Shown here piece by piece: positions 1 through 12,840 of a stretch of DNA of 64,000 nt (positions within the stretch are counted from its first letter, which is position 1; each line of letters begins with the position of its first letter). The notes beneath the pieces are model-generated. The model ran no database searches. It was not told the origin of the DNA and saw only the letters and a list, made by a program, of their open reading frames with translations. The stretch is taken from the NCBI RefSeq assembly GCF_902362185.1, contig NC_044504.1, forward strand, positions 33,092,702 to 33,156,701, read 5' to 3'. The position numbers and the translations under genes were made by a program. Source of the DNA: Chanos chanos. Its lineage: Eukaryota.

Positions 1-2381
1 AAAATTACTAAGAAACAAAAAAAAATAAAAAATAAACAAAACTGCCAAAACATAAATCAGTCTCAAACTGCAAACCAAAGACAAATTGGGTTGATAACTG
101 AGCAAAGAAGAGGGAAAAGCAAAAAGAGAACAATAAAGCAAAGCAACTGAAAGATAAATGAAACAAAACCAATCAAGGCAAAACAATGACAGGCAAAACC
201 AAAGTAATTCCACTGAGGCAAAGCCGCAGTGGTGTAGCCTACATGAATAAAACCCATCGTCAGATTAACATATAGCAGGGCAAAAGCAGTACCACTGATT
301 AAAACATTTAAAACACAGTTGCCTCTGTTTGGAGCAATAGTCCTCTCAGGCCTTTTGTAGAGCTACTCAAACCGTGTCTCCTCACTGTACTGACGGGACA
401 CACTAGAAAACATAGGAAACATACGCCACCGCATTGCACTAAAAGCCAAAACTTACACCTTTTAAACATCACATGCTCCTGTGCACAAACACAATCTCAT
501 CATACAGCTCAGCTTTGTGCCCCAACACCGTTGGGAAATGTGCACTTTGAACCAGAGAACCAGGGAGTAACATAAACCTAACAAACTGGCCTGTAGAGGG
601 GTACAGAGAGAACCAGAGTGTGACATTAATAATGTTTTCAGTACTTTTATGGTGAAGTCTGCATGCTCTGAATGCACTATTTTGATTAAATATATATTAT
701 TTAACATATAATTACTGTATATATTCATCGTTCATCTCTCATCGATGATTGATTTTTTACATCTGATGTGATACACTAGGGGGAGCTCTTGCTGTTTCCA
801 TGTTACTGAGGGGGAGCCATTGTGTAGACCAAGTGGTTTATTGCTCATCTCCCTTTTCAGGTAAAAATGCCGGAAAACGCTGTTGATTTTTTTTTAAAAG
901 AATATTCAGATATTGTTTTTGGCAATTGTCTTTGAAGGTATTTTCATCTAAATAGAATTTTGACACCTTTTCAGGGGTGTAACAGCCATATATTGTTATT
1001 GTTATTTGTTCATAGTGTTTTGTTTGAATTAGGCCACTTTTGTTGTGCTGCCTGTAAATTGTGGAGTTGGGATTAGTGTAAATTGTGGATTCTGGTTGGT
1101 TAATGGTTGATCCCCTGGTGCGCACGTGTGGGATCAGGTTCGTAAGAAAGTTTGGACGCCGCTGCAGAGTGAATGCTTTTCTTGGACATGTGCGCACATT
1201 ATGGCAAACAGCTTTTTGACCGCTTTCTGTAAAATTACCACGACTCTGATTGATGAGACTGAAAATAAACGACGCCGACATTCATCCGAACTTGGTTGTG
1301 AGTAGCATGCTTCAAGGCTCTGGTGAATGATAAAAGTTACATGTGGATACGGATGCGAGTCGAAATTACCTTTTGTGCCCACGTGAAAGAAGTGGCTTAA
1401 TTACAACGAAAACAGAAACGAAATTTTGCCACTATAAGGGGCGTAACACTTTTCAGGGGCAAAGAAGGAGATCATCATTCCATTTTCAAGGAAATGATTT
1501 ATTGTTGAATTTTTCAAGCAAGTCCAAATTGAAATCCAAGAGTAAAGTCAATGAAACAGGCAAGAATCCACATGTGATGTCCAAACAGTATTTTATTTTA
1601 TTTTAAGAACAATCATCAAGCTTGCTGGTGCCTTAGTAGCATGTTGGACACATTGAACGTGCTAGGCTGAACTGTAAATACTTTAGTGGATTGGTTCTTT
1701 TCACTCTTATGTTTGGCTCACTCTATAGCTGGATCTCTTCATTTCTGTTTGAGAATAGTTTCAGTCTCTTTCTTCAAATCCTTCTTGTACAGCCATATTT
1801 AACATGATTTATGTTACGTGTGGCGCACCATGCGTTTTGTTGCGTCTAGTTTCCCTCCCGCTATTTCGCTTGCATCTGGTTTTCCTCTCTCCTTTTTCTC
1901 CCGCCACTTTCCTGACGCAGGTATCCAGCCGCGGCGCGAAACTATCAGTATCAGGGGTGGAAGTAATGACAATTAACTGATAAAAATGGAGGTGATGAAA
2001 ATGAATGTGAACTTAAAAGTAGAGCAGTACAAATGTATGTGAAATGAAAAACAGAGTGATAAATTATCAAGTGATTTGATTAAGTAGGTGCGGGCTGATT
2101 TCTACATTTGGATAATGACAGAGGTCCCTTCATAAAAAAGGACAGAAGTATCAAAATCCATTTATTTCAGTCTACTAAGTGGTTACAAGCTGTTACTAAC
2201 TGGCTATACCATACATCTCATTGTTAAGCATGTTGTCCACTGTTCCAGCTGTAGATGGTTTTGTCCTTTCTCAGAGACCATTTTTTAATTTCACCACCTT
2301 GAGCTGTTTACAAAGACTAGAACTTGAGAGTGTACAAGTATGTTTTAAATTATGGTGCTTGCACTAGTTCCCTGAAAGAGG

Positions 2382-3700
2382 TTAGCCATGAGGTTGTCTG
2401 TTTTGTTGAACCTGAGGTATGCTGTGTTGTTGAAGGGGTGAACCTGAATTGTCTTCTGTTATGGAGGAGGTTGACCCACTGGTGGTCTGAGCTGTTGAGG
2501 AGGTTGAGCATAAGTGGTCACCTGTGTGGTCTTCTGTTGTAGGGGAGATTGACACATTTGCAGACTCAGCTGTTGAGTAGTTTGAGCTTGAGTTGTCCTC
2601 TGTTATAGACGGCATTGGCACATTAGAGGACTGTGTCGATGAGGAGGTAGACCCTGAGTTGGGCTGTGCTGGTAAAGAGATTTTGTTGGCGAATGTTTCC
2701 ATAAAGAGGGTTAGGTCTGATATATGAAACCATACAACTTCATCAGTCGCTTGATTTTGTCGATCAGTTGGTTGATTTTGTCCATCAGTGGGTTGATTTT
2801 GTCCATCAGTGGGTTGATTTTGTGCATCAGGGGGCTGATTTTGCAAATCAGTGTGACACAAGATTTGTTTTAGTTCATCTACAGAGTTTCTGCACATTTC
2901 CTGGCTCCATTCTTCAGCAAATTTTTCTTCAGAGTGGTCTCCATCTTTTTCAGTAGATAGTCCTCATAGAGACGTTTGTAAAATGGTGTATGGCACAGTT
3001 GTCCACAAGAACATAGTATCCATATAAGTGAAATAACGGTTAATAATGCCAGGCCACTCGTCTGGAAAAAGATGAGTAATCATGATTATGAATTACACAT
3101 AAAATCAATTTGTAAATATATCTGTTGAAGCCAGTTAATTGCATTCCTAATGAGTTGCTGCATATCCAGTTTTAGTCCAGTAATATAATCCTCTATATAA
3201 TTATACAATTTATGCATTTAGTATACTTACACGTGATATTGCCTTATAAAATTTCAAAGTTCTGATTTCATCAGTGGAAGGATTTTTCTTACATGCTATT
3301 TGCTCATGCCAGGCTGTGATGTTTTTATCAGTGCTGGCAATACACACAAGCCAGTCTCCATCAATGAATGCTGCCGAAACCCAGAGAACAACAGCCATGA
3401 TGGCTTTAATGAAGCGTTTGAAACACATGCACCTCCAGTAGTCTGGCCCGTGTTGATATATTGAACGTCTTGCACAGATCCTCAAGAGCAGTTCATCACT
3501 AAGAATTACAATGCACAAAAGAGTGGAACACGGTAGAGCCATGTAAACTACACAAACCCATATGTTTTCTTCATGGCTGCATGGACATTCAAACTCCAGT
3601 TTGAACAAGTACTGAAAAATGACCAAAAAAATCATAACTCTAAAAGCGCTGCCTGATAATCATTTCTTCAGTATTTTGATAGTGAAGTCTGGATGTCCAG
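2382..3700 (-). pseudogene. CALHM-like paralog A (subfamily 2). Both exons are present but it is probably a pseudogene.
   Basis: Exon 1 ORF 3210..3635 (FKLEFECPCSHEE...AAFIDGDWLVCIAST...YKAISR followed by GTAAGT donor at 3225-3230). Upstream, the family start MVSTGHPDFTIKILKK is followed by an in-frame TGA before LSGSAFRVMIFLVIFQ. The exon 2 region at 2382..2960 carries a 10-nt deletion in the A-run relative to paralog C, so the YEDYLLKKMETT frame and the EEWSQEMCRNSVDEL frame are split. Confidence 0.55.
2755..2840 (-). repeat. Coding 21-bp tandem repeat (about 4 units) encoding a (G/A)QNQPTD heptapeptide repeat in the paralog A C-terminal tail
   Basis: Plus strand reads gggttgattttgtccatcagt x3 plus variants. 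Translation on the minus strand is QNQPPDAQNQPTDGQNQPTDGQNQPTDRQNQATD. Paralog B has fewer units. The same region also has SITEDNS Ser/Thr-rich repeats. Confidence 0.7.
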
Positions 3701-6499
3701 TAGAGACCATTTTGATAAAACAAAAAAGGTTCAGCACAATGTTTAAAATGTTGCACACAAATTATTAATGTTATTCCAAATGTTTGAGAAACTGAAATCA
3801 GTTTCAAGCCTCAAGATTTATCACCAAAACATTCATGTTGCTGTAACAGACCCTCCATTTTTTTGTTTGTTTGTTTTCGTTTTTTGTTGTTGTTTTTGTT
3901 GTTGTTGTTTGCTTGAGTTTGAGAATGAATCTAGAGGTAAATCCAGCAATCCACGATGTTTCCATGAAGATCACAGAGACACTTAATATCCAGTTTGAGT
4001 ACCAGGAGTATTACAACATCAAAAATCCACATCCCCAAGAAACAATTTGTGTGAATTTCTGCAGCAAAATTCAGATGGTTCCAAGGGAGTAGGAAAAAAT
4101 TCTCCAGGACTCAGATATGGCAAAGGAACAGGGTAACTGAACATATGGTATCAAGGGCAAATTCTCTGCATAGACAAGTGAATCAAAAAATGATTGTGCT
4201 GCTTTTACATTGTTTAGGCTGACCTTGGGGGAGGAGCATACAGTACGTGCAGTTTGCTGAAACGTCATATCTTGATTTGAAAGAAAAAAAGAAGCCTGCT
4301 TTGGTTTTCTGCTATGTGATTATGGTCGTAGTTTGCTGAGTTTCTTCTTTATGCCCTGTAGTTTTGAATAGTGTTTGTTCTGCACATGCGTTTTAGTCCG
4401 TCCCTATGGAAGTTTAAGCCAAGGCTTCATCTTGTATGTCTCTGTTTAGAACTCTGTTTAGTTGTCTCACATCTATGATTTAAAAATGTGCTTGTAACGG
4501 ACCAGAGAAGGAAGAGTCCTAAAATGGACAAGGCTCTGGGGAAGGTTTTGCAGCAAAGAAGGAAGCTATACTGGCTATATCAGTTCACCATTTTTGCATG
4601 AGGGCTCAACCGTAGGCCTTTGTCTTCTTAACTTTCTCTAGCTTCTCTACCTTCTAGAGATAACCGCTATCTGTTAGTGGAGATAAATGAAGCCATATGT
4701 GATTTTCAGTTTTATAATGGGAATTATTACATTTAGATACTACTCTTTTTTTCATTACTGAACGATCCAAAGCCAAGTCTAGGATCAAATCAGTGTTCCC
4801 TGTGTGCATTGCACATTCAAGCAGAATGATTTGTCTCTGAATGTTGTGGACAGTCAACTGTAACATTATTAATATTATTAATATCAATAATTAAAAGATT
4901 CTTTATATGAGATTATGCATATGAAGAGGTAGTGACCTGATAGCTTCTTGGTGAAACATAAAACAGCAATAGGAGATATTTGACTGGATTCACTAATGGC
5001 ACCATACATTTATCACTTATCACTTATTTATCACTTTGTCAGTACATCTGCCAGGATTTGGGTATTTGGCCGCCCTGCTGGCCATTCTGTGTATTGCCAT
5101 GCCTTGTGCTTTCGTCTGTTTTGGTATTGCCATGCGCTTCTGTTTGTCCCTGTGAACCTGTGGACTGGACACTGTTTTGAGATTGCCTCCTGATTTTTTT
5201 TAATAAAGAATTTGAATAATTTTTACCCAGTGGGTCTGCGATTGGGTCTAGGTCTGTCAAAACCTCACATACTTTCCTGTAAATTACTGTTCCTCATGGT
5301 AGTTCAAGCCAATTTATGTATTATCTTTAAAGATAATAAAACTCGTGTGTAAAAATATTCTAAAGAAGGTGACTGTAAATTATCATTCTAACATGTAAAA
5401 CACTTCATTTTTGACTTAATTGTTGAGTTTATGTGTCACGAACTTGAGGAGATTCTGGATGCATGAGTAGATTTGCTCAGAGTTTATTTAAGGAATAAGC
5501 AATACAAAAGAAACAAGACTCTAGGAACAGGAAAAGGCTTAGACTTAACAAAAGACTTCAAAAACAGACTTTGGGTAAAGACAACACAATTCCACACAAC
5601 CAAAAGAACCAAACCAGCACTATTTATATAAATTAATACAAACATTGCTAAATTAACTAAAAGAGGTTCAACTAGTGAGTAATAATGTGAACCAAGGAAA
5701 CCTAACAAACATGCCCAGCAGAGGGGGAGAGAGAGAACCAGGGCGTGCCACTCACTTGAACTTCAGACTGCTGACAATGTAAGACGCATTTTACTGAAGA
5801 AATTCAGCAGTTTTAGTGAACATTAAAGTCAATATCAACATTGCACCACGCTATCCAATATCATTTCGATAAGCTCTGTTTCTATGTAGCTAAATCAGAG
5901 AAAAAAAACAAAAATCGACATTGATTAAAAAAACCAAAAACTTATACAGAAAAATAGAACATTGGCATTGAAACCTGTGTTGAAATTAACTGTCGACACT
6001 GAACAGAAGTATTGATGTTTTTTGTTTATTCTAATGTGCTTTTTCACTGACAATCTTTTCTTTGTTTCTTCATGTCAGCCTTTTTCAGTGCAAGTTTTGT
6101 TTTAAGCTGCAAGTCTTTTTTCGATTTCAGTACTTCTCAATTTCCTCTTACTGTCTCTGTTTTGGTGTGGAAAGGGAGGGGTTTGAAGGGGAGGGCCAAT
6201 AAATGTGTTATTTGCATATTTTTAAATGAGGAAAACATTACTGTCCTCAGACCTAAGGTCTGCTCAGAGTTCAATGTCTTCCAGCAAAGATTCATCAAAA
6301 ACAGCTCCAACTGTGATCTCCTCTGCTTCCAGGATGGCTTCGCCATCACAGAGTGCACCTAGAACACCAAAACCCTGAAGTAGCTTTAGCCGTATCTATG
6401 GCAATGGCTGGAGTCCAGGGTCTGGCATAGGGGTGTCCTAATCCTAATTGTTGTTTTAAGGATGTGGGAGCTGAAATTATTGAGTATGTCACTCACTTT

Positions 6500-6950
6500 G
6501 CAAAAAATATCGGTTTATGGTTTAAAGATTGGTTTATGACCATGCAGATGTGTTTTTGTGCCACCTAAATGCCACCTTTCTCAACATTAAAACTCATATC
6601 TCTAACCTACAATTAACTGTTCAACGGGAAAAGGAGCACATCACAATTTATTTATTAAACAACAGCAAGCATGCCAAACAGGATGTGAGCTGTATAGATT
6701 TCAGTCAAACACGAGGGTCATGTTACTCAATGGTGGCAAGGAGTAGACTTAGCTCCTCTCTCATGCCTCTCTAATGCACAGTAGTTCACAGTCCTTTTAA
6801 ACCTCAGTCACAGTGCCAATTACAGCTCTGTGATCTAGATTTCATATTCCACCTGGACCTTTGTTGCTTATCATGCAAATAGTTTTTCATCCACTTAAAC
6901 ACCATCTTTTGGTGTTAAAATCCTGCCAAACTTGGCTGTGACACAAATAC
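6500..6950 (+). repeat. Dispersed repeat (about 450 bp), copy 1 (copy 2 at 38590-39050)
   Basis: gattggtttatgaccatgcagatgtgtttttgtgccacctaaatgccacc...ttttggtgttaaaatcctgccaa matches 38590-39050 at about 85-90%. ORFs 6529..6774 and 38643..38879 are artefacts of this repeat. Confidence 0.6.
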
Positions 6951-7340
6951 TAAGTATGTATGGCCGACATCTTGCTCGGGGCGGTACGGGGCACCCCAAC
7001 AAAAAAATCGGAATGGTGACATTTGCACAATTGGTATTCTATCGCTCATTTGCACATCACATCAATGATATCATGTCACCGTGTGGGTCAAGTAACCTTG
7101 GCGTAGTGGGCGCCCTGCTTCTAGTTTGTGAACTAGGTAGGCTCCTGCCTGGGAAGGTCTCCCACTCAGAAGTATGAAATGGGGAGGGGGGAGGGGTTCG
7201 GCTGACCTCAGGTGTGCCCACTGGAAGCCCGAGGTACGGGGAGCGGGGGGATACTATCAAATAGCGCACCTCTAACTTTGTGCAGTACTAATGCAGTTAG
7301 TAAAATCAGTCACACTTCGAAATGCTTCCAAATAACCAAT
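6950..7340 (+). repeat. Dispersed repeat (about 400 bp), copy 1 (copy 2 at 31620-32040)
   Basis: ...catcttgc.cggg...ggcaccc.aacaaaaaaat.ggaatggtgacatttgcaa.attggt...ccgtgtgggtcaa.taacct...gggaaggtctcccactcagaagta..aaatgggga.agggg.ggggttcggctgacctcaggtgt.cccactggaagccc.aggta... is shared with 31620-32040. Confidence 0.6.
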
Positions 7341-7449
7341 GAGTAGCTTCCTGTGTACCTACATTATGTGACGATGCATACTGACTGGCTTACAGTCTAC
7401 ATTCAGGACTTTGCTTATTTTGAGACGTTTTCCAGTGCTTTCATCAACA

Positions 7450-9230
7450 CATTACTCTAGCGTGTTGATGTACACTAGCACTGAAAATATGTTTAGTATA
7501 ATCCACACTTGCTGCAATATATGAACAATGGAGGTGTTCTCTGATATAAATGTACATTTACTTGTTAAGCATTTGCCTCTTTGGATCAACATGAGAGGAA
7601 ATAAGGGTGAAGTTGGGAACAAGTTAACAAAACTTTGACAATAATGAGAAGCTGAGAAATCAGCTGTTGTCAAGGCAAAGACACAAACAGTATTCATCCT
7701 ATATGAAAGTATCTTATTCCTTCACACAAAATATGTGGTGAGTGTTTTTTACAATTTACAATTTACAATTTAGCATTTAGCAAACGCTTTTAGCCAAAGC
7801 AACTTACAATCAGTGCATCAGTCGGATTCCTAATACCTCATAAGCAGACATCGCAAAAAGACTGAGCGTCAATTTACTCCTTCGTATTGCGCCCGTTTTA
7901 TTTTGAAGGTAGGCCTGTGATTCTCTTCTTTGATGCTGTTAAAAGAGCTCAGTATCTGTGAGAATGATGCCGGTCACTTGTCTGTGTTTCATGAGTAAAG
8001 TGAAAGTAAACTATGGCTATCTCTCTGGAACTTTAGAGCATACATGGCAGTGGGTCTGCTCTCTGCATTTAAAAGGACCATAAAACAGGATCCATTTTGG
8101 AAACACTGCTCTAATTCCACATAAAATGTACAGTGGATAAACAGCATCAGTAGATTCAATTAAATGTATGTGACCCTCCCCAACAGTTTTCACTAAGCAT
8201 AACAAACAAACACAGGGCATTCCACATAGTTCAAACCACAGATTTTATCTTGTTTACTTTGTTTTGATCATTTTCAAGATTAAGGTATGAAATCCCAAGC
8301 TTGTGCTGGGTCTTCTTGTCAAGGAATTTACAAAAAAAATCTGTCAGCAGATTTGCAGTTATCCAGCATATCACCAGCTATTAAACAGATGGAGCCAAGG
8401 GATGAAGGCATTTCATGGTTTTGAGTTTGTTTCATTTCATTTTGTTTTTATGACTATCATGCTATATGTAGTATGCTGCACTGTGACACGCTTCTTTAAA
8501 GTGAATATATGCTGGTTTGCATGCCATCCAAGTTCTGTGGGATTTTTCTGTTTAGTTCTTTAAAATAATGATACTGCATGTATTTATTGAATTATCCAGT
8601 GTAATCCGTACCTTACCAAATGAGCCCTTTTTTCTGCCCTAAAGCCCACTGACAGCACATAATAGCATACAAAAATGTTATACTGAGCCTTTTCAAAAAC
8701 CCCAGACACTACTCAGAAATAACCCAAATATGAAGTAGCCGTTACCTGTTGTGACATTCCTGTTTTTCTCTCGCATTGTTTTTGTTTTTCACTGACTTCC
8801 TTACAACACTGGTGAAAATATTTCTTTCGTTTTGTCTTTTTTGTTGTCATTTTTTAATGACAGATTGCTTCTTCATTTTTCACAAGGCTCTCAAGCACAC
8901 TGCTTTTATTGGCATGATCAGATATTTTATCATATATTTTGTGGATATCACATTTCAAGAATTATCACAAATTATTCATGCTGCAATATTTCCTCAAGGC
9001 GAATATATGTTGACTTGCATTCTACCTAAGTTCCTTATTTTTAGTGTTTTGTTGTTTTTGGTTATTTCCAGAATTATATCACTGACAGCTCAGGACAACT
9101 TATATATTTAATCTTAATCATCAGTTTCCTATGACAAAGGAGTACTGTAACTACAATAACTGCTATCGTAAACACAGAAATTAGTCCACGGTCAGATAAC
9201 AGTATAAAACAACACAAAATAAGCAATAAA
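7450..9230 (+). repeat. Segmental duplication, copy 1 (copy 2 at 46470-48170, same orientation, about 93-95% identical)
   Basis: Collinear alignment. It includes the duplicated ORF pairs 8303..8563/47263..47541 and 8776..9111/47710..48051. The SINE insert at 7751-7892 is in copy 1 only. Confidence 0.7.
7751..7892 (+). mobile_element. SINE-like insertion (about 140 bp) present in this copy of a segmental duplication but absent from its paralog
   Basis: The paralog at about 46845 reads gtgagtgttttttattttgaagg without the insert. The insert is acaatttacaatttagcatttagcaaacgcttttagccaaagcaacttacaatcagtgcatcagtcgg.... A T-run TSD flanks it. Confidence 0.5.
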
Positions 9231-10570
9231 TCTTTTTTCAGTGCGCAGCAGTGCGCATACGCCCACTTGCATGTTCTCACACACACACACACATCTCCAG
9301 TCTTATACTCATTCAGTCTAACACTGAATACTTGTACATAGCCTCATTACCATCCTATTACCATTTGCGCTTTGATCATGTTAATAAATAGTATGTTTGG
9401 AATAAACTGTTGTCCTGTCTGTTTCTGCCGCAGTATTCACTGAGTGCCAACCACTGCCATCAGACTACTCCCAATAGCCTTCGTCAACCTGGTTGTTCAT
9501 GTGTGTTTTTAATACTGCAATACTCACAAGACTGTAGCACAGGGTTACAACTAGATTATTCTATTACTTTTAGTAGTTTAATTATAAAGTATTAAACACC
9601 AAAATTAATGGTTAAGAATTTTATGAGACTGATTTATATGAGGCTGATTTGATAATCCTATCACACCTCCATCTTTCCGTGCCCCCATGTTAGGACTGCT
9701 ACTGTACCTACAAGATAATGTTCTGCACAATAGACTCTTTTCTCAGAAAGCACAGTCTCAAAATAATTTGCTCTGATTTTGTATTACCTTGGTATAGCTC
9801 AGAAGAGTAGCATGCAATGTTTACTGGAAACTTTCCACTATCTCTTCTTGAATACATCATACATTGAACTAAAAAGAAGAAAACAACAACTTTGGTTCTG
9901 CGGTGCCCATGGTTAGCTAAGTTCCTGTTCTGTGAACTATAGCTTTGCATAGGGTTTTTTCAGCAGGTGCATCTTAGTTCATTTCTATGGACATGCAAGC
10001 CAAGGCATCATCTTATATGTCTCTGTTTAAAAATCTGTAGTGTCCACTCTATGATTAAAAAAGTGCTGACAGCAGAAGAGACCTAAAATTGGCAAGGCAC
10101 CGGTAAACAATAAGAAGGAAGCTCAGCACACTGAGAGATATACTCTGCATCTGCCATGGTATCTCACTATATATATTGTTCAGCTCTTGTTCAACCACAA
10201 AATATGAACATACTTGAACAAATTTTCCTATACATCTGTTTGTCAGAAAAACATGTGGTTTTCAACTGTGCCCCTGGTTACAGAACATCCTGTCTCACAA
10301 TCTGCATTTGACCTACCAGTTATTTCAGCTTAACTTTTTCTCATGAACGTTCAACCATAGGCCTTTGTCTTTTTTAATATTGCTCTCTGGTACACTGATG
10401 TTGGCAAAGTCCTAACAGGTATCCGTCAGGAGTATGGACTCTTGGTATGCAGGAGTACATCATACACTTTGTGCTTTGAAGTCTCTGAAGATTTGTCACA
10501 AACGTTGCAAAATTGCAGCATGTCAGTGTTTCTGTGAGGTGAATGTGGATTTATATCACAGCCAATAAAG

Positions 10571-11070
10571 TGTCACGGTCCAGCCCTGCCCTTCCAGATC
10601 CTAGTCCATGTTTTCCTTGTGTCCTGTCATGTATGTCTTGTCTGTCTGTTCCAGGTTGCTCTGGTCCATGTTTTACACTGTTTCCTGCCTGATTTCCGCT
10701 CACCTGCTGCCATTTTCCTCATCAGCCACTGCATTTAAGTCCAGTCTGTTTCCCTACTAGTTTGCCGGATTATCCAGCCATTTTCATGTTTCCTGTGTTG
10801 GTTTGGTTGCATCATTCTTGTTACCTTTTTGACCCTTGCCTGTTTTTTGGATAGTGTTTTTGCCTTGTGTTTTTGGAACTTCTGCCTGGTTTTTTCTGTT
10901 TCTCTGTGCCTGACCTTCTCTGCCTGTCTTTGCCCACTGGTACTGTCACCGTGATTCAGTCTTTTGGATTTCTTGGAAGATAAGACTTCATTAAACACCT
11001 GCTAAAATATATTCTGTCCTCTGAGTCTGCTTTTGGGTCCTCAGTCAACCAGGCCTCACCGGCCCTAACA
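10571..11070 (+). mobile_element. Solo-LTR-like insertion (TGTCACGG...CCCTAACA) with 5-bp TSD TAAAG
   Basis: TG..CA termini. TSD copies at 10566-10570 and 11071-11075. The segmentally duplicated copy at about 15596 (ccaataaagcaatttcagagg) is an empty site lacking the insertion. Confidence 0.6.
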
Positions 11071-11699
11071 TAAAGCAATTTCAGAGGCTCTGTTACTTGG
11101 AGACAAAGGAAATAAGGGGGATATTATTGTCCTCTTTGGAAGTGTGCTGCAATGTAGCAAAGACATTCAATGAGTAAACAACAGTTTACCATACAACAGT
11201 TTACCATAGGCAGGTAGAGGCAGTGCAGAGAACAAGCCTGCACAGAGACAATATCTTCTCCTTTGTTACAACACATGTCTGTATGGAACTAGTGAAAAGG
11301 ACTGGAAAAGCACTGTGCAGATCTTTTATTCTCTGTCAAGGGAACCTGAAAAGCCGGAGATACACAGAGATACACAAACAGTAAGAGTTTTGTATGTATA
11401 TGAGTATGGGAGCACTAGATAATGCAGCATTCGTATTAAGACACAGGAAGCATGAGACATTTTGTATTGGACGGTCATTCAAACACAACCATGCCACGCA
11501 TCAGAGGGTTTACAACACACAATCCCCTTAACAATTATGTTAAGTTATTAAACACTTTACAATGTGTCAGTATTTTTGACAGGCACATTTTAAATGTTTT
11601 TCTCCCTGTAAGACAGAAATGCCCTAGAGCACAATCCATCTATTTTATCTTTGTGCTGTATTTTGCAATGAAAATGACTGATCTGAACTCATACTCATA

Positions 11700-12010
11700 T
11701 TCATTGTAAGAGTTCAGTACAATGTATGAGTCTTTGAAAAACTGACTGATGCTGTCTGGGGAAAAAAACCTAATAGAGAGCGTAGCTTGGCTGATAGCTT
11801 AGCTGTGTTTCATGTGTAAAGGGAAAGTATTTTTTTTGTAAACTCAAGACATCTGTCTCAAAGGTTAGGATTCATAGGGCAGTGGGTCCATCTTCTGTAT
11901 GTTACATGAGGCAGTGTTTTTGGTAATACTGCCTTGTTTTGAAATAATATGTTAAGAAGTAAATAATGAATATTGGATACACATTGGTAAAACGTTACAT
12001 TGTATGCAAC
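11700..12010 (+). repeat. Roughly 320-bp repeat module (also at 16275-16600 and 35410-35720)
   Basis: gttgtaagagttcagtaca.tgt.tgagtcttg.aaaactga.tgatgctg...cctaatagagagcgtag..tg.tggcttagctgt...ctcaagacatct...ggtaatactgccttgttttgaaata.atgttaagaagta is shared among the three sites. The third copy lies outside the gene array, so it is probably a TE fragment. Confidence 0.5.
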
Positions 12011-12840
12011 TAACCCTAGCAAAAGTTTGTCCACTCAGGGTTCCACACCACATTCCATGCTGATCACAGCAGCAAAGATTTTTGAAATCATTTTAGAGAT
12101 TAAGGTATGACATCCTTGTGTGCAGTGTCCTGTTACAATGGATGGTACAAAAATGTTGGAATCACTTCCTTAACCTTCAACATATTCACATTTGTTCCAA
12201 TTATAATTAGTTTGTCTTAATTATACTGTTTATCAAATGTTCTCTAGATTAAAAATAAAGATGGGAAATGGGGCCAATTTGAAAGTAAAGAAAAATTGTG
12301 TGATAAATCAATTGTAATCATTTTGGGGGGTTTTTTGGACACCTCAGGTAGGAACCTGACAGGCTTGTTGTGAGACATGGATTGACAAGAGTATACAAAG
12401 TTGGAGTAGAGAACAAATGCTATAGTTTATTTATAGTACAAGAAGAGAAAAAATGGCCATTTTATTACAAATACACAAAGAACAAGCTGACAATAAACAA
12501 ATCCTTTGTCCAAAATGCTCTTTAGAGCACATAAAATGTCTCTGTCTGCACAAGGTCCTGGTTACTGTAACTAAAACTGTTAAACAAAGTATTTTTTTCA
12601 TTAATCTTTATCATATATCACAGTATAAAATGAGGTACTTTGTACAGTAATAGAACCTATAATTTCATGAAGCATAAATCATTGTTTAAGTAGGTGTGGG
12701 CTGATTTCTACACTTGGATAATGACAGAGATCCCTTCATAAAAAAGGACAGAAGTATCAAAATCCATTTGTTTAAGTCTATTCAGTGGGTTACAAGCGGT
12801 CACTAACTAGCTACACCATCCATCTTATTATTACGCATGT

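Noticed and set aside
838-1281. 147-aa ORF on the minus strand (with the overlapping 1134..1382 ORF)
   Set aside because: No recognisable motifs, no splice-site support, and an overlapping ORF in another frame in generic AT-rich sequence. Probably a chance ORF.
6529-6774. 81-aa ORF, with a near-identical ORF at 38643..38879
   Set aside because: Both lie in the two copies of a 450-bp dispersed repeat. The similarity is at the DNA level, and there is no protein-domain evidence.
8303-9111. ORFs 8303..8563 and 8776..9111, each duplicated at about 95% identity as 47263..47541 and 47710..48051 (Cys/Phe-rich hypothetical proteins)
   Set aside because: Conservation is explained by the segmental duplication. 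The few differences between copies are all nonsynonymous (I/M, L/F, H/C, A/V, I/V, L/W), so there is no sign of purifying selection. There is no recognisable domain, and composition is T-rich and low-complexity. Treated as non-coding.
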